Below, piece after piece: positions 15,090 to 24,204 of a DNA stretch of 64,000 nucleotides. The notes under the pieces were generated by a model, which was given only the letters and a program-made list of their open reading frames with translations, was not told the origin of the DNA and did no database searches. This stretch comes from an uncultured Candidatus Binatia bacterium. GTDB lineage: Bacteria > Desulfobacterota > Binatia > HRBIN30 > JACQVA1. The position numbers and the translations under genes are program-made. The DNA lies in assembly GCA_964648215.1 (NCBI GenBank), contig CAZYMF010000004.1, positions 7,827-71,826 of the forward strand, read 5' to 3'. Each line of letters opens with the position of its first letter. Positions within the stretch are counted from its first letter, which is position 1.

Positions 15090-16921
15090 AGAAATGCCTC
15101 CGCTTTCTCAGCCCCAGCGACCGCTGGCGCTGGGCGAGCTTGATCCCGCTGATCGTCGTGGCCGCCGCGATGGAGGCCGTCGGCGCCGCGGGCGTGTTCC
15201 TGCTCATCAAGCTCACCGCCGATCCGTCGCAGGTGTCCTCGGTGCCGGTCATCTCCGGTCTCTACGCGCGGCTGCCGTGGCACGGCGACAAGGCGATCAT
15301 TCTCGAAGCCACGTTTCTGATCGCGTCGTACTACCTGCTGAAGAACGCCTCGCTGGCCCTGATCTCGGCGCGGCAGAACAGGGTCGTCGGCGAATCGGTG
15401 GCGCGGCTGGGGCGCGAGATGCTGAAGGGCTACCTCGCGGTGCCTTTCGCCTTCCACCTGCGGCGCAACTCCGCCGATCTGATCCGCAACGCAACCGACT
15501 CGGTCGACCGCGTGTTCCGGTTCGTCCTGGCATCGATCGTGGCCGGGTGCGCCGAGGCTCTGATCGTCCTCGGCATCATCGTCGTGCTGCTGACGACGGC
15601 GCCTGGGCTGGCGCTCACCGCGGTGGTCATCCTGTTCGCGCTGCTGGCCGGTGTCATCCGCGGCACGCGACGGGTTCTGCTGCAATGGGGGCGCGAGGAT
15701 CAGCGGTTGCGGGGAGCGGCGCTGCAGACCCTGCAGCAGGCGCTGGCGGGCGTGAAGGAGGTGAAGCTCCGCGGCTGCGAGCCCTTCTACTTCGAGCGTT
15801 TCTGGGCGCAGGAGGACGATCTGGCGCGGGCGCGCGCGCGCTACGACACGTTGTCGATGGCCTCGCGGCTGCTGATCGAGGCGGTCTTCGTGTGTGGCCT
15901 GCTGCTGGTGATCACCCTGGTGACCCTGCGGGGGCGGGGCCCGGACCTCGTCCCGTTGCTCGGCCTCTACGCCTACGCGGGTTTTCGCATCATTCCCTCG
16001 CTCAATCGGATTCTCATGTACGTCAGCAGCATTCGCTACGGCGCCGGCGCCGTCGAGCCGCTCTACGAGGACTGGCAGATGTTCCTTCGCCTGCCGCCGC
16101 CACCGGAGGCCGTCTCCGCGCGTGCCGTGACCTTCGCCGACCGGCTGGTTCTCGACGGCGTGTCGTATCAGTACGAGGGGGCGTCGGCTGCCGCGCTGGA
16201 GAACGTCTCGCTGGCGATTCGACCCGGCGAATCGATCGGGATCGTCGGCCCGACGGGAGCCGGGAAGAGCACCCTGATCGACGTCGTGCTCGGGTTGCTG
16301 GTCCCCTCGCGGGGGCGGGTCACGGCCGACGGCGTGAACATCTTCGAGGCGCTGGCGGCGTGGCAACGGAAGATCGGCTATGTCCCCCAAACGGTGCATC
16401 TGACCGATGATACCCTGCGCCGCAACATTGCCTTCGGCATCGAGGACGACGGGATCGACGACGACAAGATCCGGCGGGCGCTGCGCATGGCGCAGCTGGA
16501 GGATGTCGTCGGCTCTCTTGCCCTCGGGCTGGAGACCACGATCGGTGAGCGCGGCGTGCGCCTGTCCGGCGGCGAGCGCCAGCGGGTTGCGATCGCCCGC
16601 GCCCTCTACCTGCAGCCCGAGGTGCTGGTGTTCGACGAGGCGACGTCGGCATTGGATGCGCAAACCGAGCGCGAGCTGACGCAGGCGATCGAAGCGCTGC
16701 AGGGGCAGAAGACGCTGATCATCGTGGCGCACCGCCTGAGCACGGTGCGGCGCTGCGACCGGCTGGTCTTTCTGCGACAGGGTCGCGTGGCCGACGTCGG
16801 CTCGTTCGACGAGCTGCTCGGGCGCAACGCCGCCTTCCGCGCGATGGCGGCGCCGAGCGGCGACGAGGGAATCGCGGCGATGCCGCCGCCGCTCGGTGCC
16901 GGCCGCAAAGCGACCGGGTAG
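15074..16921 (+). CDS. ABC transporter, fused permease/ATPase (MsbA/PglK-type exporter), candidate lipid-linked oligosaccharide flippase
   Basis: GTG 15074 (VLGSLKKCL) overlaps the ALG2-like stop by 16 nt. Six-TM exporter domain, then Walker [10 protein letters not shown], signature LSGGERQR and Walker [13 protein letters not shown]. The track ORF start at 14552 is an upstream extension across the previous gene. Confidence 0.85.
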
Positions 16922-16934
16922 AGCGCTTCGCCGT

Positions 16935-17474
16935 TCAGCCAGCGCCGGCCGCCGCCTGCTTCGGCGGCTGGTGCACGATCACCTGCTTCGGCGTCTCGAG
17001 CGGCGGGTGCGGGTCGGCGAGCAGGCGCTTGGCCTCCTCGCGATCCTTCGCGCCCAGGGCGTGGGTGGTCGTGCAGTACTCGATCAGGATGCCGTTGGGG
17101 TCGACGGTGTAGATCGAGGTGCAGAAGCCGTGGTCGATCTCGGTGACGGCCAGGCCGTGACCGAGCCAGCGCTGCTTGTGCGCCTCGATGTCGTCGAGGT
17201 CCGTGGCGCGGAAGGCGAGGTGGTTGATCCAGATGGGGAGGCCGATGCCGGTGGAGATCGCCGGCGACCACGGCGCGGTGATGCTGTCGTCGTGCAGATC
17301 CCAGAAGGCGATGTAGGTGTCCGGGCTGATCTCGTAGAATACGTGCTTGGCCCAGCCGCCACCTTCGGTGGGTCCGACGACGACCTTGACCAGATCGAAC
17401 CCCATGACCTCGGTGTAGAAGCGATGCGTGGCGTCGATGTCGCGCGTGGCGAACGCGGTATGATGAAAGCCCAT
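16935..17474 (-). CDS. VOC (glyoxalase/bleomycin resistance/dioxygenase) family protein
   Basis: ATG 17474 preceded by AGGAGG. MGFHHTAFATRDIDATHRFYTEVMGF ... INHLAFRATDLDDIEAH show typical VOC beta-alpha-beta-beta-beta modules. Confidence 0.8.
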   Translation of the reverse strand: MGFHHTAFATRDIDATHRFYTEVMGFDLVKVVVGPTEGGGWAKHVFYEISPDTYIAFWDLHDDSITAPWSPAISTGIGLPIWINHLAFRATDLDDIEAHKQRWLGHGLAVTEIDHGFCTSIYTVDPNGILIEYCTTTHALGAKDREEAKRLLADPHPPLETPKQVIVHQPPKQAAAGAG

Positions 17475-17609
17475 GACTCCTCCTGAACGGTGCCCCCAGC
17501 TTGGCAAAGTTCGGCCGCGGACACAACGCTCGTGCCGGCTCGCTCCGTCGCGGGCCCCGGGGTGCCGCCCTTGTTGCGCCGGGCGCCTTGTCGTACACGC
17601 TGAGCGCAG

Positions 17610-19151
17610 ATGAGCAAGCTCGTCTCCAATCTCGGCGATGCTCTCCGTCGCTGGGCCGAATCGTACGGGGAGCAGCCGGCCGTCGTCGGCGAGCGCGATT
17701 CGCTCGGCTTCGTCGCCCTCGATGCGGCGGCCGATCGCTGGGCCGCCGCGTGGACCACCGCGGGCTACGGTCCCGGCTCGCGCCTCGGGCTGCTGGCCGG
17801 CAACGGGCCCGAGTGGCTGGCGGCGGCGTTCGGCGTCTGGCGCGCCGGGGCGACGCTGGTGCCGCTGTCCACCTTCGTCACCGCGCGCGAGCTCGGCGAG
17901 ATCCTCGAGCACGCCGATATCGACGCGCTGGTCGTGCAGCCGCAGCTACGCTCGCACGATTACCTCGAGATGCTGGGCGGCCTGCCGTCGCTGCCGCGCT
18001 TGCGCGAGGTCGTGGTGCTGGGACAGGCGGCCCAGCCACCTCGCCGCAGCGCCGCCGCATTCCTCGGTGCCGCGCGTCCCTCGGCCGAGGTCTTGCCGGT
18101 GGCGCCCGAGTCGATCGCCTGCATGTTGTATACGTCGGGCACGACCGGACGCGCGAAAGGCGTGATGCTCAGCCACCGCGCGATTCTGGCGACCATGGCC
18201 CCGACGGCCGCGCGCACCGGACTGGACCGGGGCGACTCCCTGCTGTCCACGTTGCCCCTGTTCTGGGTGGCCGGGCTGGTGATCCGAGCGCTGCCGACGC
18301 TGGCCACCGGCTGCGCGCTGATTCTTCTCGAGACGTTCACCGCCGACGGCCTGGTGGCGGCGCTGCGGCGGCATCGGCCGACGGCGCTGCACCTGCGTCC
18401 GCCGCAGGTGGGGCAGCTGCTGGCGCACCCCGACTTCTCCCCGGCGTTGCTCGATCGCGTGCGCAAGGGTGGTGGTCGCGTCGAGTGGTTCGGCGGCGCG
18501 CTCCACCCGGGCGCGCGCTTCATCACCGGTTACGGCATGACCGAGATGGCCGGCTACGTTACCGCGCTCGACTGGCGCGACTCGGCCGAGGCCCGTCGCG
18601 CTCAGGTCGGCGCGGCACTGCCCGGAGTCGAGATCCGCATCGTGGCCGGCGAGGGCCGTCCCTGCCCGGTGGGCGAGGTGGGGGAGGTCCGCGCGCGCGG
18701 CCCCGGAATGTTCAGCGGCTACTACAAGCGGCCGCCGGGCACCGGGATCGACGCCGACGGCTGCTTCCGGACCGGCGACCTGGGCCGCATCGACGAAGCG
18801 GGGACGTTCCACTTCGTCGGTCGCGGCAAGGACCTCCTGCGGGTCAAGGGCATCAACGTGTCGCCGTTGGAGGTGGAGACGATTCTCGCCGCCCATCCGG
18901 CGGTCGATGGCGTCTATGTCGTCGGCCTGCCTCCCGACGGGCTCGAGCAGACATTGGTGGCGCTCGTCGTGGCCAAGGCCGGCGCCGCCGGCGCCCTGGA
19001 AGGAGAGCTGCGCGCCCTGGCGCACGAGCAGCTCTCCCACTACAAGCGCCCCGAGCGCTACGTCTTCCTCGAGCGCGACGAGGTTCCCCTCGGCGGTACC
19101 TCCAAGCCGCAGCGCGCCGCGCTGGCGGCGCTGGCGGCGCGTGCCGGCTAG
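17610..19151 (+). CDS. AMP-dependent synthetase/ligase (acyl-CoA synthetase family)
   Basis: AMP-binding motif MLYTSGTTGRAKGVMLSH, GYGMTE, TGDLGRIDEAGTFHFVGRGKDLLRVKGINVSPLEVE. Confidence 0.9.
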   Translation: MSKLVSNLGDALRRWAESYGEQPAVVGERDSLGFVALDAAADRWAAAWTTAGYGPGSRLGLLAGNGPEWLAAAFGVWRAGATLVPLSTFVTARELGEILEHADIDALVVQPQLRSHDYLEMLGGLPSLPRLREVVVLGQAAQPPRRSAAAFLGAARPSAEVLPVAPESIACMLYTSGTTGRAKGVMLSHRAILATMAPTAARTGLDRGDSLLSTLPLFWVAGLVIRALPTLATGCALILLETFTADGLVAALRRHRPTALHLRPPQVGQLLAHPDFSPALLDRVRKGGGRVEWFGGALHPGARFITGYGMTEMAGYVTALDWRDSAEARRAQVGAALPGVEIRIVAGEGRPCPVGEVGEVRARGPGMFSGYYKRPPGTGIDADGCFRTGDLGRIDEAGTFHFVGRGKDLLRVKGINVSPLEVETILAAHPAVDGVYVVGLPPDGLEQTLVALVVAKAGAAGALEGELRALAHEQLSHYKRPERYVFLERDEVPLGGTSKPQRAALAALAARAG

Positions 19152-19243
19152 CGGGGCGCGGCACGCGCCTCCGAACCCGTTGGACCGCAGGCCTCCGATC
19201 GCTTATGAACCGCTGAAGCACGCTGGGTGACGAAGGAGAGGGA

Positions 19244-20215
19244 TTGAAGACGTATCTGATCACCGGCGGCGCGGGCTTCATCGGCAGCCACCTCGCCGAG
19301 GCGCTGCTCGCCGCCGGAAATCGCGTGCTGGTGATCGACGACCTGTCGACCGGGAGCCTCGACAACGTCGCTTCGGTGCGGCAGCACCCGCGTTTCGAGA
19401 TCGCCGTCGACACCATCTTCAACCGCGAGCTGGTCGCCGATCTCGTGGCCCGGGCCGACGCCGTTTTTCACCTCGCCGCCGCCGTCGGCGTGCGCCTGAT
19501 CGTCGAGAGCCCGGTGCGCACCATCGAGACCAACGTCGCCGGCACCGAGCTGATCCTCGCCGCCGCCGCCAGGTCGCGCACCCGGGTGCTGATTGCCTCC
19601 TCCTCCGAGGTCTACGGCAAGGCGAACAAGGTGCCCTTCTGCGAGGACGACGACCTGGTGCTCGGCAACACCCGCACCGGGCGCTGGTCGTACGCCTGCA
19701 GCAAGGCCCTCGACGAGTTTCTCGCCCTCGCCTACTGCCGCGAGAAGCAGCTGCCGGCCATCGTCGTGCGGCTGTTCAACACCACCGGCCCGCGGCAGAC
19801 GGGACGCTACGGCATGGTGCTGCCGACCTTCGCCCGCCAGGCCCTGTCGGGGAGCCCGCTCACCGTCTTCGGCGACGGTAAGCAGAGCCGCTGCTTCTGC
19901 GACGTGCGCGACGTCGTCGCCGCCCTGACGGCGGTGATGGAGCACCCCGACGCGCCCGGTCGCGTGTTCAACATCGGCAGCCGGGAAGAGGTCTCCATCG
20001 AGGAGCTGGCGGTGCGCGTGAAGGCGCTGGCCGGCAGCCGGTCCGCGATCGTTCACGTTCCGTACGAGCAGGCGTGGGACGAGCAGTTCGAGGACATGCG
20101 CCGGCGGGTCCCGGATCTTCGCCGCATCCGCGAGCTGATCGGGTTCGAGCCGAGAACCACGCTCGAAGAGCTGATCCGGCGCGTCCTCGAGCACGAGCGC
20201 GTTGCCGGGGGATGA
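19244..20215 (+). CDS. NAD-dependent epimerase/dehydratase (extended SDR, nucleotide-sugar modifying)
   Basis: TTG start with GAAGGAG upstream. ITGGAGFIGSHLAEALL, catalytic YACSKALDE (YxxxK), FNTTGPRQ. Confidence 0.85.
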   Translation: MKTYLITGGAGFIGSHLAEALLAAGNRVLVIDDLSTGSLDNVASVRQHPRFEIAVDTIFNRELVADLVARADAVFHLAAAVGVRLIVESPVRTIETNVAGTELILAAAARSRTRVLIASSSEVYGKANKVPFCEDDDLVLGNTRTGRWSYACSKALDEFLALAYCREKQLPAIVVRLFNTTGPRQTGRYGMVLPTFARQALSGSPLTVFGDGKQSRCFCDVRDVVAALTAVMEHPDAPGRVFNIGSREEVSIEELAVRVKALAGSRSAIVHVPYEQAWDEQFEDMRRRVPDLRRIRELIGFEPRTTLEELIRRVLEHERVAGG

Positions 20216-21768
20216 GCGTGGCGACCAAGATCCTGTTCGTCGCCCTCGACGCCGCCGATCGCGATCACATCCTGCGGTGGGCGGAAGAGGGTCGGCTGCC
20301 GACCTTGCGCCGCCTGCTCGACGGCGGCGCGTCGGCGACCACGTTGGCGCCCCTCGGCATGCACGCCGCTTCGGTGTGGCACTCCTTTGTCACCGCGGTC
20401 ACACCGGGAAAGCACGGGCGTCACGGCGATCGTCAGGTTCGCCCCGGCACCTACGAGATGTACCGCTTCCAGCCTACGGACACGAAGCGGGAGTCGTTCT
20501 GGCACACGCTGAGCCGTGCCGGCCGCCGCGTGGCGGTGATCGACGCGCCGTATGTTCCCCTGTTGCGCGGCATCAACGGCATGCACGTGCTGGACTGGAC
20601 GACGCACGCAAAGGACACGGGCTTTTGCACCGAGCCGCCCGCGCTCGCAGGCGAGATACGGGCGCGCTTCGGGGACGATCCGATCGGCTTGTGCGATCAC
20701 CGGCACCTGCAGACGGGCGCCGAGATCGCCGCGTTTCGCGACGGGCTGACGGCCAAGGTGAGGCTCAAGCTCGATCTGTCGCGGCACTTCCTCGCGCGCG
20801 GCGAGTGGGACCTGTTTCTCACCGCCTTCGGCGAGAGCCACTGTGCCGGTCACCAGTGCTGGCACCTCAACGATCCACGCCATCCGCGGTTCGATGCCGC
20901 CGTGGCGCGCGTTGCCGGCAACCCGATGCTCGACGTGTACCGCGCCCTCGACGATGCCATCGGCGCGCTTGTCCGCGACGCCGGACCGGAGGCGACCGTG
21001 TGCGTGCTCGCCACGCACGGCATGGGCCCCTTCTACAACGGCGCGCACCTGCTCGGGGAGATCCTCGTCCGCCTCGGCCACGCGCCGCCGCCCCGGGCGC
21101 CGTCGCGCACCTGGGCGCTGCTGCGCCGGGGCTGGCGGCTGCTGCCGCTGCGCTTGCGGACGCGGCTGACGCCGCTGCACAAGGCCGCGGTGGATCGGGT
21201 GTGGCCGAAGCTCGATCGGAGAGCCGATTGCTTCGACATGCCCAACGGCGAAGTCTACGGGGCGATTCGTATCAACCTGGCGGGACGCGAGCCGGCCGGG
21301 CGTATCCGTCCCGGCGCCGACTACGAGGCGTTCTGCGAGCAGCTCAGTGCCGACCTCCGTGCCCTGATCAACGACGACACCGGCCAGCCGGCCGTCCGCC
21401 GGGTGCTGCGCACCGCCGAGCTCTATCCGGGCCCCTGTCTCGACGACCTGCCCGACCTGCTCGTGGAATGGAGCTCGGACGCGCCCCTGACCACGGTGTC
21501 GTCGGCGAAGGTCGGCACCATCCAGCGTCCCTTCGACGGGACGCGCACCGGCCATCACAAGCGCGAGGGGCTGTTCCTCGTCTGCGGCCCGGGCATCCGA
21601 CCCGGCCGCGCGCCGGCGCCCGTCTCCATCATGGACGTCGGGCCGACGGTGGCGGCGCTGCTCGGCTGCACCCTGCCCGACGTCGACGGAAAGCCCGTCA
21701 TCGCCTGTCTGCCGGAGGACGGTGTGGCTCGAGCAGACGGGCCAGGAGCCGTTCGGTCGCACGCGTGA
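20212..21768 (+). CDS. Alkaline-phosphatase superfamily / type I phosphodiesterase-nucleotide pyrophosphatase-like protein
   Basis: ATG 20212 overlaps the previous stop (ATGA). ILFVALDAADRDHILRW ... LTAFGESHCAGHQ ... VLATHGMGP ... TGHHKREGLF fit the metal-site pattern of the Phosphodiest family. The track start at 20074 is an upstream extension. Confidence 0.65.
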   Translation: MSVATKILFVALDAADRDHILRWAEEGRLPTLRRLLDGGASATTLAPLGMHAASVWHSFVTAVTPGKHGRHGDRQVRPGTYEMYRFQPTDTKRESFWHTLSRAGRRVAVIDAPYVPLLRGINGMHVLDWTTHAKDTGFCTEPPALAGEIRARFGDDPIGLCDHRHLQTGAEIAAFRDGLTAKVRLKLDLSRHFLARGEWDLFLTAFGESHCAGHQCWHLNDPRHPRFDAAVARVAGNPMLDVYRALDDAIGALVRDAGPEATVCVLATHGMGPFYNGAHLLGEILVRLGHAPPPRAPSRTWALLRRGWRLLPLRLRTRLTPLHKAAVDRVWPKLDRRADCFDMPNGEVYGAIRINLAGREPAGRIRPGADYEAFCEQLSADLRALINDDTGQPAVRRVLRTAELYPGPCLDDLPDLLVEWSSDAPLTTVSSAKVGTIQRPFDGTRTGHHKREGLFLVCGPGIRPGRAPAPVSIMDVGPTVAALLGCTLPDVDGKPVIACLPEDGVARADGPGAVRSHA

Positions 21769-22870
21769 TCTTCGTTGCGTCGAACCGCTGGCGGACCTCG
21801 CGGCGCGCGGCCTCGGCCAGTTGCCGGCGGAGCTGGGGTTCGCTCGCCAGGCGGCGCAGCGCCGCGGCCAGCGCGACGACGTCCCCGGGTGGAACCAGCA
21901 GACCGGTTTGCCCGTCCGTGATCACCTCGGCGGCGGCGCCGCCGGCATAGGCGGCGGTTGGGACACCCGCCGCCGCGGCCTCGATAAGGACGCGGCCGAA
22001 GGCCTCGTTGCTGCTCGCGTGCGCGACGATGTCGAGGGCGGCGAGGGTGGAGGGCATGTCTTCCTGGTGGCCGGCGAAGACGACGCGGCCGGCGAGGTTG
22101 CGCGAGCGCACCGCATTTTTGATCTCGCGCTCGTAGGTGGCCGCGTCGTGGAAGATGTCGCCGCCGATGAGGGCGAAGTAGACGCCGTCGAGATCGCGCA
22201 GCAGCTCGGCCGCGGCGATGACGTCGCGCTGACCCTTCCACGGCTGCAGGCGGGCGACGTGCCCGATGAGGATGGCGTCGGGCGGCACTCCCCACGCGCG
22301 GCGAAGGCGCGCCGCCTCTTCGCCGCGATCCGCGGCGAAGTCGTCGGCGCGCACGCCATTGTAGACCACCTCTACCTTTTCGGCGCACGGCAGCGGCGCC
22401 GCGGCCGCCTGCGAGACGGCGATCGCCAGTCGGCAGCGGCGACAGATCCAGCGCACATAGGCGCTCGCCGGCAGGATGTCGTGCACATGCCAGACAAGAG
22501 GGCGCCCAGTCAGCAGCGCCGCCGCGCCGGCGTACGCGCTGGCGCGCAGGCTGTTGGCGTGGACCAGGGCGCAGCCTTCGCGGTGGATGAGGCGGGTCAG
22601 CGTGGCGGCGCCGCGGGCAAGCAGCCACGGTGCCGCGGGGCGGTGGCGCAGACGCGGCAGCGGCACCTCGTGCACCGCCACGCCGAGAGAGCGCGCCGCC
22701 TCGGCGAGCGTGCCCGGCTGCGTCGCCAGGTGAGGCGCGAATCGGCTGCGGTCGATCTGCTCGAGCAACAGGAGCAGGGCGTTCTGCGCTCCACCGCGGG
22801 CCTGGGCGTGGTCCACGAAGAGCAGCGGCGTCGGGGAGGTGCGGTGGGTTGCGGTGGCCATCTCGTCCAC
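21698..22870 (-). CDS. GT4 glycosyltransferase
   Basis: LLFVDHAQARGGAQNALLLLLE ... GHVARLQPWKGQ ... ASSNEAFGRVLIEAAAAGVPTAAYAGGAAAEVITDGQTGLLVPPGD (GT-B, E-x7-E region). Start is GTG 22870 or ATG 22861. Confidence 0.85.
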   Translation of the reverse strand: MDEMATATHRTSPTPLLFVDHAQARGGAQNALLLLLEQIDRSRFAPHLATQPGTLAEAARSLGVAVHEVPLPRLRHRPAAPWLLARGAATLTRLIHREGCALVHANSLRASAYAGAAALLTGRPLVWHVHDILPASAYVRWICRRCRLAIAVSQAAAAPLPCAEKVEVVYNGVRADDFAADRGEEAARLRRAWGVPPDAILIGHVARLQPWKGQRDVIAAAELLRDLDGVYFALIGGDIFHDAATYEREIKNAVRSRNLAGRVVFAGHQEDMPSTLAALDIVAHASSNEAFGRVLIEAAAAGVPTAAYAGGAAAEVITDGQTGLLVPPGDVVALAAALRRLASEPQLRRQLAEAARREVRQRFDATKITRATERLLARLLEPHRPPADRR

Positions 22871-22941
22871 GCACCGTTACCACGCGCCGCTCGGCAAGAC
22901 ACGTTCGGGCCGCGCGGATCTGTGCTAAGGGGAGCGCGCCG

Positions 22942-24048
22942 ATGACGCCCTCGCTCAGTGTGGTGCACGTCTACAAGAGCTTCCCTCCGGTGCGCGGCGG
23001 CATCGAAGGCCACGTCGATCTGCTCACGCGGCTGCTGGCGCGACAGGGCCTGCGGCCCGAGGTTCTGTGCGCGTCCGCTCCCGGCGCGCCGGCGGACGAG
23101 GTGCGGGACGGCGTAAGGATTCACCGCTGTACGCCGTTGCTGACGCTCGCCTCGACACCGTTGCCGCCGGCGTTGCCGTGGCGGTTGCGCCGCAGCCCGG
23201 CGGAGATCGTGCACCTGCACTATCCGTGGCCGCCGGCCGAGCTCGCCTATCTGCTCGGCGGTCGCGGCCGCCCCCTGGTGGTAACGCTGCACTGCGAGGT
23301 GATTCGCTATCCCGGTCTGGCAAGGGCCCTGCGGCCGCTCACCCGACGCGTGCTGCGCGCGGCACGACGCATCGTCGTATCGAGCCCGGCGCTGGCCGGA
23401 ACCCCGTTGCTCGCGAAGCATGCCGGGCGCGTCCGGGTGATTCCGTTCGGCGTCGACGTCGAGCGCTTCCGGCCCGCTCCCACGGCGGCCGATCCGATCC
23501 CGCATGTTCCCCGTCCGCGCATCCTGTTCGTCGGCCGGCTGCGCCACTACAAGGGGCTGCCCGTGCTCGCGGCGGCGCTCGGGCGCCTGCCGCGAGCCCA
23601 CCTGGTCGTCGTCGGCGACGGCCCGGAGCGTGCCGCGCTGGAACGAGCCCTGGAGGTGCACGGCTGTCGCGAGCGAGCGCACCTGCTCGGCGAGGTCGCC
23701 GACGACCTGTTGCTGCGGCTGTTGCAGAGCGTCGACGCAGCGGCTCTGCCTTCGATCTCGCGTGCCGAAGCCTTCGGCCTGTCGATCGCCGAGGCGCAGG
23801 CGTGCGGCGTGCCGGCGGTGACGACCGACGTCGGCACCGGGACGACGGAGACCGTGCGCGACGGCGTGTCGGGCCGCGTCGTGCCGCCGGGAGACGTCGA
23901 TGCCCTGGCGCAGGCACTGGCCTGGTGCCTCGACCCGGAGCACGCGAGCGCTCGGCGAGCGGCGGCGCGGGCGCACGCCGAGGATCGTCTCGGCTCCGGC
24001 CGGATGACGGCGGCGATCGCGGAGCTCTACGACGAGGTGATGCGGTAG
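22942..24048 (+). CDS. GT4 glycosyltransferase
   Basis: ATG 22942 (MTPSLSVVHVYKSFPPVRGGIEGHV) ... FVGRLRHYKGL ... PSISRAEAFGLSIAEAQACGVPAVTTDVGTGTTETVRDGVSGRVVPPGD. Confidence 0.85.
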   Translation: MTPSLSVVHVYKSFPPVRGGIEGHVDLLTRLLARQGLRPEVLCASAPGAPADEVRDGVRIHRCTPLLTLASTPLPPALPWRLRRSPAEIVHLHYPWPPAELAYLLGGRGRPLVVTLHCEVIRYPGLARALRPLTRRVLRAARRIVVSSPALAGTPLLAKHAGRVRVIPFGVDVERFRPAPTAADPIPHVPRPRILFVGRLRHYKGLPVLAAALGRLPRAHLVVVGDGPERAALERALEVHGCRERAHLLGEVADDLLLRLLQSVDAAALPSISRAEAFGLSIAEAQACGVPAVTTDVGTGTTETVRDGVSGRVVPPGDVDALAQALAWCLDPEHASARRAAARAHAEDRLGSGRMTAAIAELYDEVMR

Positions 24049-24204
24049 CCAGGAGCACGCCGAGCATCCGCTGGCGTTCGAGGCAGCGGGACCAAGCGAT
24101 AGATCGGCCCGCGGCGCTCGAGACGGAAATGCCGGCGAATGCCGTCGACGTCGTAGCAGCTCCATTTCCCCTGACGCGACGAATCGCCTAGAACCCGCGC
24201 ACCG

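Noticed and set aside
16922-19151. VOC protein and acyl-CoA ligase between the two glycan loci as possible glycan-acylation genes
   Set aside because: The VOC gene is convergent with the operon at only 13 bp spacing. The ligase has its own divergent promoter region. No acyl carrier or acyltransferase partner is present, so the link to glycan modification is pure positional speculation.
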